A program made the position numbers and the translations under genes. 64,000 nt of DNA, from positions 40,486,001 through 40,550,000 of the forward strand of contig OZ024746.1 of NCBI GenBank assembly GCA_964016885.1, read 5' to 3'. Positions within the stretch are counted from its first letter, which is position 1. Every line of letters starts with the position of its first letter. The notes below the pieces were generated by a model that saw only the letters and a list, made by a program, of their open reading frames with translations, did not search any database and was not told the origin of the DNA. Positions 28,102 to 41,040 of the stretch are shown one piece after another. The stretch comes from Eledone cirrhosa (taxonomy: Eukaryota).

Positions 28102-31100
28102 CTGTCAAAATAAAATAGTAGTTATATTTAAACTAAAACATTTATGTTATATAGAAGAGGTAAATATATATTAGAATTTAAAAAAAAAGCATTCTTCATA
28201 CTTTTTCTATAGTAAACACACAAGAGTCTCACTATGAATATTTTAGGTTGTGATCATGCCACAGCTATCTCAGTAGCTGTATAAGAATGTCAGCCACGTG
28301 TTTCTGGATTTTTTTATCTGTCATCAGTAAAATTTACTCGGTACCCAGACAAGAATAAACCTATAGTTTACATGTTTTTTGCATAAGAAACATCAGCTGG
28401 AAATGTATATTTGCATATAGTGCAAATTTAAATAATGAAAAATTTGGACAGATTTACTAAAATTATTAATTATTTCATTATTTGGATGGAATTTGAAACA
28501 TCACTTAAAAAAAGTTCATGTAAAAAATCATACTGGAAGATTTTAATTTAAATAGGAATACTTTAAAATGGGTGGGTTAGTATAAAAAAAAAAAATGATT
28601 CGTTCAAGATCATATCAGGCTACTTTATGTGTATGAGTGTGAAATGATAGACTTCTGCACAGTTTTTGTCTACCAAATTTCACCCATAAGATATTGGTCA
28701 ACTCAAGGCTATAGTAGATACTTGCCTAAGGTGCCAGGCAGTGGGTGTGAACCTGAAATCACGTGGTTGCAAAGTAAACTCCTAAACTACACAGCCTGGC
28801 TTGTGCTTATATTTCAACATTTGTAGTTGCTATTAACATTTCTACTCAACTATTCCTTTAGTTATTCAATCAATCATCAGGACATCAGGTCAGTGTGTAT
28901 ACACCCGAGTATGTATGTATGTAAAGTTATAAGTTAGGAGGGGCATCCAACTTGCCAAATATGTAGTTGAAAGGACTCTTCAGTTGTGTTGAGAGCACAA
29001 AACCTCCCTAGAGCTGGTGCCATGATAAAATGCACCCAGTATAATCTGTAAAGTGTAGGATTTGTGTAATTGAGATGTGACCTGCAGTCTGTCTGTCTGA
29101 AGACTGGCTCCAGTTGTATAATGATCTGTCCAACATATGCTTGCATGGAAAAGCTAATGTTATATATGTATGTGAAGGCACGTGGCTTTGTGGTTAGGGT
29201 ATTTGGCTTACAATCATAATGTCGTGAGTTCGATTCCGAGCAACGCGTGTCTTTGAGCAAGACATTTTATTTAACGTTGCTCCAGTCCACTCAGTTGGCA
29301 AAAACGAATTGTACCTCTAGTTAGAAGGACCAGCCTTGCCACACTCTGTGTTATGCTGAATCTCCCTGAGAACTATGTTAAAGGTACATGTGTCTGTGGA
29401 ATGCTCAGCCCCTTGCATGTTAATTTCACGAGCAGACTGTTCCATTGATCGTATCGACTGGAACACTCAGTCGTAACCAACGGAGCGCCTTTATGTATAT
29501 AGGTATGTGTGTTTTTTTTAAATATTGAAATGTTGAGAATTGGCAAAAGTATAACAGGATAAGGAGTTAAATGTATCAAGAGTTGCAATATGAGATTAAA
29601 GAAATAAGGTAAAGTAAAAAGAACTTACAGAGTGATAAAAAACAGTATTCCACTGATTATAGCAGACATGAAATAGCTAAGACCTGGATAGATGGAGACC
29701 GTCGCACTGTATAATTCATTAAAGCTTATAGATGCAAGCAAAGACATGATATTTTCTAAAGAAGCTACAATGGTGAACAGCTTTCCTGAAAATTTCAAAT
29801 AAAACAAAAATAAAAAAATTTTAAATTACACATTCACATAAAAGATGTAGTAGGATCACGGGCAAGCTGTCTAAGAATGTAGATTTTATATGTGGCCAAT
29901 GCTCAGGTGCAATAAGTAGCAAGTGCCCACAGGATACTAGCTTCTTCTACTGCCCAGATGGTTCTATAGAAATAGTGGACACTTTCCATTACCTAGGTGA
30001 CAAAATCAGCAGTGGAGGTGGGTGCTCTGAAAGTACAGTAGTCAGAGTTAGAACGGGATGGAAAAAGTTCAGAGAACTACTACCGCTGTTGGCCACAAAA
30101 GGTTTCTCTCTAAAAATGAAAGGCAGATTATATGATGCTTGTATATAACAGCAATGTTACATGGCAGTGAGACCTGCACAGATTGGAAAGGAATGAAGCA
30201 TACATACTCCGTTGGATGTATAATAGTAATATACACGAACAGCAAAACATAAACAAACTAAGAAAGAAATTAGGAATAAAAGGGATCAGATGCTGTTTAC
30301 TTGAGAGAAGATTACGTTGGTATGGTCATGTGATGCGCATGAAAGATGACAGCTGTATAAAAAAGTGTAGGGCGATCAAAATTGATGGAAGATACGGAGT
30401 AAGTAGACACAAAAAAACCTGGGACGACATGATAAAATACACACTTACACCTCTCTAAGACAATGTCACTGGATCGAGACCTTTGGCGCTACACAGTAAT
30501 ACAGAAAACCCGCCTTCCCTACGTACAAAGTTAAACCTACAGTCAGTAGGCACCTCTTAACCAAATATACACCCCAACCCACTACCCCTACTACATCCTC
30601 CCACTCCCACCAACACCACCCTTTCTCTGTAAAGTTATGTTGGTACCACAACATCCAATCCAAACTAAAGAGGTCGTGTAGGTGTCACAACAAAAAAACA
30701 CACAGTCCACGTTGTAAAGTGGCCATGTAGGAGACATGGTAAAAAGGCTCCCAGTCCACCCTGTAAATGTGGTTGGTGTTAGGAAGGGCATCCATCCATA
30801 GAAAACCTGCCAGATACAGTCCTATACGAGCGAGACATGGCCACCCGATCAATCTTGCCACAAGTGGGACAATTCCCGTTTAACCCATGCTAGCGTGGAA
30901 GATAGACGTTAAACGATAATGATGTCTATATTTTGGATCAGTGCACAAGCAAGAAACATACACAGAAAGAAAAATAGAAAGTAAGCTATAACACAGTGAA
31001 CGAATCGGAACAAGTAAAGCTGTAATTAACAACTTGCCTGAAATTTTCAAATAAAACAAAAATATAAATTCTTAAGTTACAGATTTATGCACATCAATCC

Positions 31101-33108
31101 AAAATATACACATGTACATGTATCATCATCATCATCATCATCATCGTTTAACGTCCATGTTCCATGCTTGCATGGGTTTGGACGGGAGTTTTCCCACTTG
31201 AGGCAAGAGTGGTTGACTTGCTCGCATGGGACTGTCTGGCGGGTTTTCTACAGCTGGATGCCCTTCCTAACACCAACCACATTTAGTGCACACAAACATG
31301 TACATGTTTGTGTGCACATACATGTACATGTTTGTGTGCACATACATGTACATGTTTGTGTGCACATACATGGAGAGGGGAATGAGGAAGAGAACTCTAT
31401 AATAAGGTAAATATATCAAAACAAATAAAAATTGACCAGGAAATATACAGAGATGAATAAATAACAAGGTAGAAGTTTAATATCACCACAGAAGCCACCT
31501 GCCTCAAACACTGAAAGGAGCACTTTATCACCCATCCGTCCCAATTAATCCCTGCCCAACCATCACCGCAGACATAGCTGCAGCCAATGACATTTGTAGA
31601 CACGTTCTTGTCACCCCTGATGATATCAGAGGCACCCTGAAGAAGCTCAACAACCACAAAGCCCCTGGAAACTGCACTATCACCGTGGAGATGCTGAAGG
31701 CAAGTGGAGTTAACATGATCTAGTGGCTCACCTGCATCATCAACCATGTATGGGGGTGTCAGAGCAGCTCCCAAGTGACAGGACCCGGGGTATTATCCCC
31801 TTCTAGAAACAGAAGGGCAGCAAACTCGTCTACAGCAACCACAGGGGCATCACCCTCCTCTCCATCCCAGGCAAGCTCTTCATTAAGATCCTCCTCAGCC
31901 GTGCTCTTCCCGCCATTAGATGCAGACGCCACCCACAACAAGCTGGATTCATGACAAATTAATCTACCGCCAACCACATTTCTGCCCTCTATCTCATTAT
32001 TAAAAGATAGCAGGAGTTCTGCAGAGATCACTGCCTTTACATCGCTTTCATCAACCTCATGGCAGCTTTCGACACACTTGACCACGCATTCTTCTGGAAA
32101 GTTCTCAAGCTGATCAGCACACCTCCCAAGATCACCACCCCATTCCAACGGCTCTATAGCAGTGCCAAGAGTTGTGAGTGTGGGTGAATGGGAAGGGCAC
32201 CAACTAGTTCCCCATCAACAGTGAGGTCAGATAGGGCTGCATAGCTGCCCCTGACCCTTCTACTGTGTCATCAACTATCTGATGACCATAAGCGAGTTTC
32301 TGGCATTAATTTCAGGGACTACCACCTTACCAACCTGAAGATGTGAATGACAACTCCCTATTCAGCAACTTGATTGATCATCTCAGGGATGCATTGACCA
32401 TATACCGGGAGGAATCAGCAAAGCTTGGCCTTCAGGTGAGCTGGGCGAACACCAAGCTGATGCATGTTGGTGATGGATCTTCCCCCGCTTCATATTGGCC
32501 CAGACATCGTGGAGTTTGTCAGCTCCTTCATTTACCTGGGCTCGACAGTCACCAACAATGGAGACCTGACCCCAGAGACAACTGCAGATGTGGTCTGGTC
32601 GGCGGGATCATGCACTCCTTATGGAAGCCCCTTTGGTGCCACTGCTCTATCTCTCAAAATATGAAGCTCTGTATCTACAATGCATTGGTCCTCTCCATTC
32701 TGCTCTATGGAACAGTAATGTGCCTATTCCTTTTCTACATATTGAGTAGGGCCACTTCCCTGACGGAATCAGGGTCCTATCTTCTTTCTTACTTACTAGC
32801 ACTTTAGTTTTGGCTAAGTTTACTCACAGACCCTTTGATTCCAAGTTCTGTTTCCATAGTAAGAACTTTTTCTCTAGTTTTTTATAGATTCAGCTATAGA
32901 GGTATCCTGGAGTGTCATGAGGTGGCTAAAAGGGGTGGCGGCAAGCAGAGCAATAAATAAATAAATAAATAGACTAATAGGACTAAAAGTTAGAAAAAGC
33001 AAAAAAAAAGTTGTTACCTTGCTCTTCTTTCAATACAAAGCCTGAACATATTCCTCGCAATGCTACAGCTGAAAATCCCATAAAAATGCCAACAATTGGA
33101 ACTGAAAT

Positions 33109-33139
<31 letters not shown>

Positions 33140-36100
33140 TATGAATACCAGAAATTAAAAAAATATATATATATATATATGAATCCAGAAATTATAATTC
33201 TTCATATGTACTGATTTTTTGGGGGGTGTGCAGTGGGGGTTGCACCATATATAATAGACCCGTATTTTTTTAAGGACCACCAATGCAAGGTGGGGAGAAG
33301 TTATCTTTAAAATGATCTGGTTCAAATGCTTACAACAGAGTGGAATCCACTAAATACACATGAAGACCCATTAGCCTTGCTCAAGCCATAGTCAACCTTT
33401 CGAATGTTGGTACTGGAAACTTAGTTTTCAAGTTGTCCAGAATATACAGACCAATCAAATCACGTTTGCATTGTATAATCCCATACTAACATTAATTAGG
33501 TCTGTGATTCAAATTTGTTTTTACTCAGAGCTAATTCTTTATCGAACAGTACAGTTTTATATGCATGTAAGAGTATTCCTGTCTATGTAATCTACATATA
33601 CTGCCTGGTGAATTCAATTACCTTGTCTAGTAGGAATATAACTATTGAGGTGTAAAACTCCATGATATCACAGAGGAATTTTACCCTAGTCTCACCTTAA
33701 ATCATTTTATTACTGTACCATTATTAGTCTATTGTTGTATTCTGGCCCTATCCCTATTAATTTTCTTCAATATCTTACTGGTAACAACTATATATAACAA
33801 TATAAGAAATAAAATAAAACTTTGTAGAAACTCTCTCTCTGCAAATAGTAACATATTATTTTACATGTCATTGTAAAATGTTACTAATATAGAGTGGATT
33901 GGCAATATTGGTAGAACATCAGACACCATGCTTTGCAGCATAGAGTTATTGCCCTTTACGTTCTGAGTTCAAATCCCGCCGAAGTTAACTTTGCTTTTCA
34001 TCTTTATGGGGTTGATAAAATAAAATACCAGTAATGTACTGGAAAAATTGCTGACCTTGCGCCAAAAGTAGAAACAATTATTTTACATGTCATAGAGCAG
34101 TGGATTAGCACAATTGTTAGATCATAGAACAAATGCTTCGCACAATTTGTTCTGGTTTTTTATGTTTTGAGTTCAAACCTCACCAAGGTCAAATTTGCCT
34201 TTCATCCCTCCAGAATTGATAATGTACCAGTCAGGTACTGGAATCAATATAATCAATTTGCCCACCACCACAGAAATTGCTGGCCTGGCAGTATTGGTAG
34301 AGTATCAGACACTATGCTTTGCGGCATAGCAATGGCCCTTTACTTTCTGATTTCAAATCCTGCTGAGGTTAGCTTTGTTTTTCATCCTTATGGGGGTTGA
34401 TAAAATAGAGTACCAGTAATGCACTGGGGTTGATTTAATTAATTTTCCCCTCCCACAAAAATTGTTGGCCTTGTACTTAAATTAGAAACTGTTATTTTAC
34501 AAGTCACGAAAATATGATTACTGTTATACTAACCACAATATACCATGGATTTGGTTTTAGATAATCCAAGCATAAGAGAACCACCCACTTTTGAAAATAT
34601 ACCAATCAAGCATAAGAAAAAGTCATTAGGTTTGAAGTATTTCTTCAGAATTGGAAGCAGAACTATCAAAGACAATCCACGTATTAGACTGGTGATTGCT
34701 GCATAGTATCCTATTTCAATCAGAGTGAATGAAAGTGGTGAATGCTTCAGGAACAACTGATTGATGTTTATTTCACCTGAAATGAAGGAATTGGTTAAAT
34801 TTTATTATTGAAATCACATATGTGTATCATAATAAATAATAATGTAATAAAGCACAATAGTAATGATAAAAACTACAATGTGGAAGAGTCATTTTAGCCA
34901 TTGAAAAACACACCAAAACTGTTAACTTCACTTTACATTTATTAGTTAATGTGTTACTAACAACTGGTTAGAAATTTAGTTATAGTTTCTCATCAGTTAT
35001 GACAGTGACCAGGTTGCAAACAGTGTGATGAAAATTTTGTCATCCAAAAATAAATAATAAAGTGAAGTTAATAGTTTTGGTGTGTTTTTCAATGGCTAAA
35101 GTGACTCTTCTATGATATGATTGCTTTGGTTTTAACAGATGGTCACTTGCTAGATAAGTACAACTCCTAAATACTATACATTCACATAATCTATTATCAA
35201 GGGGAAAATAAATACCAAATATGTCAGTGTTTAGGATGGTATTTGAACGTTAAAGAGAAATTCTGAATGTCTTAACCCTTTAGCATCTAAACCAGCCATA
35301 TCTGGCCAGAATTTTCTCACTTCTTTCTATTCAAACTGGCCCCAACCGGCCCCTCATACCGACGTTAAGTTATTGTTCTCATAATAAATATCAAAATCTC
35401 GTAGATACCAATTTATGAGAGATAATCATGTAATAAAATACAATAGTTTATATAGAGAGCAATATAAATGCTAAAGGATTAAACACCAATTATAAAATCT
35501 AAACATCTGGTTAACTTAAGGAACCTTGGGCAGCTCAAACTCTAGCTACACCATGGCTTCCAGGACAACTGCAAATTAGGACCATGCAATTAATATTCTA
35601 GTAGTCCTCTGTGATCGGCTAAATTATAGGTTAAACAGTTAAACCATTTGCTACAATATTTCTAATGAAAAACACTGCTTATGATTTTCAAATCATTTTG
35701 AATATAATCAAGAATTTGGAGGGTAATATAAAAGTTTTGTATTGTAGAACCAGGAGTGATTTCAAGAGGTTTAGTAATAAAAGACTGAAAGGCAGGCTTT
35801 CTCGGAAAGGCTCATGTGTCATTCTTTCGTAAGCAACAGACTTAACCTTTTAGCATTAAAACCAGTCGTATCTGGCCAGAATTCTCTCACCTTTTTCAGT
35901 TCAAACCGGCTACTCATACTGATGTTAAGGTATTGTTCTCAAAATAAATATCAAATTCTCATAGATTTGATATTATGTGAGATAAAGCCTTTACTGCTAA
36001 AATACAATAATAAATATAGAGTAATGCAAATGTTAAAGAGTTAATTGTGAAACATTTTCGCATGAACCAAAACCAACACTTGTAACATTTATATTGTGTA

Positions 36101-38630
36101 ATATTGCCAGGTATATTGCAAGTATAGTTCAAAAACTTACATTTTGAATGGAAATTCTGTGGGTTTTCTTATGTACACTCACCTTTTACACCAACATAAT
36201 AGCATTTGTTTAAACCATTCTAATGAAATACTCTATTTCAATCAATTAATGAAGAATTTTGGCAAATTTACTAAAATGATCATTTCATAACTAAGATAGT
36301 AACATAGCATATAGTCCTTATATAAAATCATGTTGGAAGATTTTAATTTAAATAGGAACCCCTTAAAATGGGTGGTTTTGTTTCATAGGACCAGAGCAGG
36401 TTTTGGTCAGGTTGGGATCAAAATGGTTTAATGTTGAACAAAATGGAAGCAGAAAAAAAATTGAAGTAGATAAATATTTATGGACCTGAGTTACAATGAG
36501 TGTCAGAAGATCAGAAGAGTTGGTAGCTTCATCAAATATATTTAGGTGGGATTGTTGAGATAAGAAATGACATCATCATCATCATCACCGTTTTACGTCC
36601 GCTCTTCCATGCTAGCATGGGTTAGACGGGTTGTCTTGTTGTGGGCAGTAGCCGGTCGGCTGACCATGCCTTGCTCATACGGGAACTGATTCTGGCTTGA
36701 TTTCTACAGCTGGATGCCCTTCCTAACACCAACCTCATTTACAGTGAGTGCTGGGTGCTTTTTTCCGTGGCGCCTACACGTCCACTTTACAGTGTGGGCT
36801 GGGTGCTTTTTTGCCGGGGCACCTCCACAACCACTTTGCAGTGGGAGGGGGTGGGAGCATATTGTCTATATGCTTCAGCTTCGGCTTGTACCCATGGGGG
36901 GTCGGGTCTTCTGTATTACTGTGTGACGCCAGAGGTCACGGTCGTGTCTCATCACCTTCGAGAGGTGTAATTGGGTAAGGTCAGCTTTTATCACCTTATC
37001 CCAGGTCTTCTTGGGTCTCCCCACTCCGCGGTTTCCATCGACTTCTAGTGCTCTGCACCTTTTTATGCAGCTGTCATCCTTCATACGCATCACATGTCCA
37101 TACCAATGCAACCGCCTCTCCTGCACACAGCATTTGATTCCTCTTATGCTGAATCTCTCTCTTAATTCGTTTATGCTTTGCCGTTCGCATATATTACTAT
37201 TACACATCCACCTGAGCATGCAGGCTTCGTTTCTTTCTAATCTACGCAAGTCTACCACTGACAGCGCCCAGGTCTCTGACAGAGAAGGTGATTTCAAAAG
37301 ATATCAAAAGGGTTAAGTTGGTGTGTTATAAATAACTAGTATGAAATCTTTCTATACATATCTTACTCTAAAACTATTTTTTAATTGCTAATATTCTCAT
37401 ATAAATGGCATTAACAGTTAATTTTCTCTATACAATGACTGTTTTGTATGTTTTATGATTCATAATTGAGTATGACTTGGTAGTATTTACCATACTTTTA
37501 CCAAGGTTTTTAGATACCCATGCACTTAAGAGCAGAGACAGACACCCTCTCAACCTTCATATCCTTGATCCAACGGAACATGCAGGATGTGACAGCTGGA
37601 AGGGGAGATGGCAGTATCAGCAATGAGCTGATAGTTTCTTTATCAACCCCGAAAGGATGAAAGGCAAAGTGAAACTCGGTGAGATTTGAATTCAGAATGT
37701 AGAGACCAGGAACAAATATCCAATGCTTAAATTGACTGCCTTGATGTTTTCTCTATAAAGGATGAATTTATGAATAATGTTTTTATGACTGATTACTATT
37801 AATAATAAAGTTATTTACTCACCTATTGTTAAGAACATCAGCATTCCAATGGTTCCAATTGACATACATATGACAACTTGTTCGTGATAATCTCTTGACT
37901 TAGCGATAAATGACCATATATCTTTAATGTGCTTCAGTCTGAAAATTGTTGACAATTTTTTGCCAAGGGAATTCTCAGCATTGCCTATGTCTTCAATGAT
38001 AATAATACAGTAAATTAAAGAAAAAACAGAACAGCCACACATAATGCCATACACCTTAACATAACTGGTATATTTTAAAAGGATGCCGGATAGAAATACA
38101 CCAATAGTTCCAGCAAAAAATATCATAGACTCGACAATCCCAATGCGAATAGTACGGAATTTAATTTCTGTAACATGAGTGGCATAGCTTAAAATAGCCA
38201 TCAGCATCCCAATATAGCCACCAAAAAGCCCAGAGAGAAAATTACCAATAAGTAAATAAGCAAGAGATGCAGTTTCATAGTAAGAAACTAACATACAAAT
38301 ACCATACAGAAAAATATTTCCAATAATAGGCAACACGATGACAATCTTGCGACTGATGGTATCACTAAATGAACCAAAGAAGAAACAAACACATGTGGAA
38401 GGGATTAGAAGTACAACATTGTTGTACAAAATCCAGTTTGAAGTTTGCTTTTCTATATGGTTTTCTTCCAGTTTATACGATCCATTATTCACAACGGAGC
38501 ATAACGATTCATTAAATTTTTGCAAACATAGTCTGTTGAAAAGAAGATTTTGAAATATTGTATAACCCATAAATTCTGCAAACATGTATAAAAACATGAT
38601 GGGTTCCACAATGTGTTTGATGGATGGCAT
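27990..38630 (-). CDS. SLC46-family MFS transporter (proton-coupled folate transporter / SLC46A3-like), gene A; spliced CDS join(38630..37823, 34776..34534, 33101..33018, 29785..29629, 28101..27990), 467 aa
   Basis: Five exons with GT-AG boundaries and compatible phases (1,1,1,2) total 1404 nt, open from ATG to TGA. The translation has SLC46 hallmarks: IVEPIMFLY at the N-terminus, GSFSDTISRK (motif-A-like), RTIRIGIVES, ALRGICS and EEQGKLF. The 84-nt and 157-nt exon sizes match human SLC46A1 exons 3 and 4 as I recall them. Confidence 0.92.
29172..29490 (+). mobile_element. Second tRNA-derived SINE family (V/CORE-like centre); relatives at about 1510-1850, 15890-16080(-), 38790-39055(-), 57040-57340(-), 60540-60670(-)
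   Basis: A-box tggctttgtgg, B-box gagttcgattcc, central ttgagcaagacattttat...ctccagtccactcag. Confidence 0.75.
29629..29785 (-). CDS. Gene A coding exon 4 (157 nt)
   Basis: attttcag|GAAAGCTG encodes GKLFTIVASLENIMSLLASISFNELYSATVSIYPGLSYFMSAIISGILFFIT(L); donor CT|gtaagt. Confidence 0.92.
29875..30925 (+). mobile_element. RTE LINE 3' fragment, same family as 2140-3825, in a gene A intron
   Basis: Collinear reverse-complement match to about 2170-3225; RRLRWYGHVMR motif; (GAT) tail. Confidence 0.9.
31288..31372. repeat. 24-nt tandem repeat x3 (catgtacatgtttgtgtgcacata)
   Basis: Exact tandem units. Confidence 0.85.
31490..32720 (+). mobile_element. Decayed RTE-type LINE RT region (second family)
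   Basis: Broken frames give SNHRGITLLSIPGKLF, AFINLMAAFD, AKLGLQVSWANTK, FIYLGS and IYNALVLSILLYG. Confidence 0.85.
33018..33101 (-). CDS. Gene A coding exon 3 (84 nt)
   Basis: aaatttcag|TTCCAATT encodes VPIVGIFMGFSAVALRGICSGFVLKEEQ(G); donor G|gtaaca. Too short to appear in the ORF track. Confidence 0.9.
34534..34776 (-). CDS. Gene A coding exon 2 (243 nt)
   Basis: ttcatttcag|GTGAAATAAAC encodes (G)EININQLFLKHSPLSF...SKTKSMVYC; donor G|gttagt. Confidence 0.92.
34881..35112. mobile_element. MITE-like element with ~60-bp terminal inverted repeats
   Basis: gaagagtcattttagccattgaaaaacacaccaaaactgttaacttcacttta pairs with taaagtgaagttaatagttttggtgtgtttttcaatggctaaagtgactcttc. Confidence 0.8.
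36570..37282 (-). mobile_element. RTE LINE 3' fragment (related subfamily)
   Basis: ORF SETWALSVVDLRRLERNEACMLRWMC...GRPKKTW, followed by 3' UTR and (GAT)n tail. Confidence 0.9.
37823..38630 (-). CDS. Gene A coding exon 1 (808 nt coding; exon begins at 38666)
   Basis: ORF MPSIKHIVEPIMFLYMFAEF...MLMFLTIG with several hydrophobic segments. Acceptor ttttttttcag at 38667-38668; donor G|gtgagt at 37822. Confidence 0.95.
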
Positions 38631-38717
38631 GTTGAGACGGGGGAAGGCCAGTAATATGAAGTTTCACTGAAAAAAAAGAAAGAAAATTATAAGCATATAT
38701 GTATATGTGAGTATAGC

Positions 38718-38778
<61 letters not shown>

Positions 38779-39399
38779 AGTAGACGACCTTTGGTCACAA
38801 ATTTGTACCTAGAAAGCTCTCCTTCAAGGTACAAGTCCAGGCATGGTTGTTTGTGGAAGACCAGCAGTTGCCCATGTATATAAACCTCTCCTCTCCACAC
38901 CACCGATGTTTTCCAAGGAAAAGGCTAAGGCCGATGCATCTTGGCACCAGTGACGTTGCAACTCATTTCTACAGCTGAGTGAACAGGAGCATTGTGAAAT
39001 AAAGTGTTTTGCTCAAGGACACAGCACATCACCCGGTCTGAAAATCGAACTCACGATTGAAGTTACACACACAGTATGTTTGATCTTAGAATCTGTACTG
39101 CATGCATGTACCTATGTTTATAATAATAATAATGTTTGTAATTTAAGCACAAAACCAGAAATATTAGCATGATACTCCTGAAGTATAACAATATCTGTTT
39201 CAACACATATCAAGAATCTTTCAAACAAATACAAAAGCTCCTTCATATTCGAAGGAAAAGAATACAGCCAATAAAAAATGGAGTTGATATAAGCTGAAGA
39301 ACTGGAAGCAGTGACAGTGAAAACTGATGGCCAGAGAAACAACTGTACCTAAATGACAGCATAGTTAATGTAATAAATCACTGTATACCACGAGCTGGT

Positions 39400-39770
39400 T
39401 CCACAGATTGAGCGCTCTCTTTCAAATTTGGATATTCTTTACCAAAACTACATTACACAAAAGGACAGCTATGTGATGCTGCACAGTAGTGAGACATGGG
39501 CAGTGAATGCAGAGGATATGTGGAGGCTGAAGATAAATGAAGCAAGCATGCTTCAATGGATGTGCAATGTTTAATGTGCATGAATGAACAGATGTAGTGT
39601 GCAGGAGAGGAGACTACATTGGTAAAGACATGTGATGAGCATGGATGATGATTGGTAGGTGAAGATTACAGAGAAAATGAAGAATGTGACTAATGGAGAG
39701 ACACTGTGCTGAAAAAGATCCGTCCAACCCATGCAAGCATGGAAAAGTGGATGTGTGATAATGATGATGT
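39400..39770 (+). mobile_element. Heavily deleted RTE 3' fragment
   Basis: SETWAVNAEDMWRLKINEASMLQWMCNV, then the shared caacccatgcaagcatggaaaa...gatgatg tail. Confidence 0.75.
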
Positions 39771-39849
39771 ATGTAAATATATATATATATATATATATAT
39801 TATCCCCTGTGTCGTGGAGCTTGTCAGCTCCTTCATTACCTGTGCTTGA

Positions 39850-40425
39850 CATTCACCTTTAGTGGGGATCTGACTCTGGAGATCAACTGCAGATGTAGTC
39901 AGGCCACTGGAGTAAATGCACTCCCTATGGAAACCCCTTTGGGGCCACTGCTCTATCTCCCAAAAGACGAAACTCCTTATCTACAATGCATCGGTCCTCT
40001 TCGTTCTCCTCTATGGAGCAGAAATGTGCCTCTCACAAAGACCCTGGCAAAGAGGATCAACGACTTCAATAACAAAGCTCTGAGGACCATCAAGAACACC
40101 AGATGGTACCACCACATTTCCAACAAAGAGTTGCATGTATGCATTGGTTTACAGCCTCCTACCTCATAACCATCTGCCACATGCATTGGTATGGACCCGT
40201 CCTCTGTCTTCTGCCAGGGCCTTACTCTTGTTCGACACAACAGCTACAGGCTCCGTGGCAGGCCCCACACCAGATGGCTGGATGTAATTAAGGAAGATCT
40301 TCAGAGGCTCCATGTCACCTTGGAGGATGTAGAAGGGCTGGCAAGGGACCACAAGCCATGGCAAACACTGGTGGACCTGGTTAGCTCTATGCATGATGAC
40401 ACCTCTGGGATTGCTGACCTAGGAT
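39850..40425 (+). mobile_element. RTE-type LINE 3' end, same family as 31490-32720
   Basis: Overlapping similarity to 32560-32720; RGRPHTRWLDVIKEDL motif. Confidence 0.8.
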
Positions 40426-41040
40426 AACCCCAGTCTCATTGAGCAAAAGCAGAGAAGTATATATATAATTAGTCATAGAAAAAGAGATGTCTATAGTATT
40501 TTGTTGAATGCATGACTTCTTCTTTATCCCATAACTCCCGAGGGAGTTGTAGGGCTATCACATTGACATACAGTATTTCTAGGGCATTTTTTAAAACCTG
40601 GCTGAGCCTATCTCCTCACTATGTCTGACTACAGCAGATTTCTTCCAGTGAATGAAAGAATGGAAATGAGAAAGAGACATAGAAGAAGAATTGATCCCAG
40701 TACTTGATTGATACTTTTTTTTGGCAGGATTTGAACTCAGAGAGCTGAAACAAATACAGCAAAGCATACTGTCAACTTTGCCAATTCACCGACTGAATGT
40801 GTGTACTATTTATGCTGTTGAATTCTGTTTCCTGAAGTTTATAAAAGTGCTCTTGTTTCCTTTATTGGTACGTGGATGTGTTTTGTCAACTGGTCAGAAC
40901 TGAGTTGGTGTATTGTTCTACATATGGCTGTGTTAGCTAGCTATGTAGAGCAGAAGGTGATGCCGAAGGTAGAGTTGTTTTAAGTTAGCTTGGTGAGGTA
41001 TATGTCTGTGTTGGAAGGTGCTGTTTAGTATATTACTATC

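Noticed and set aside
28300-28400. Alternative terminal exon for gene A at the minus-strand acceptor near 28398
   Set aside because: It gives an immediate stop in the required phase and borders a MITE remnant; the 28101 acceptor gives a tail homologous to gene B.
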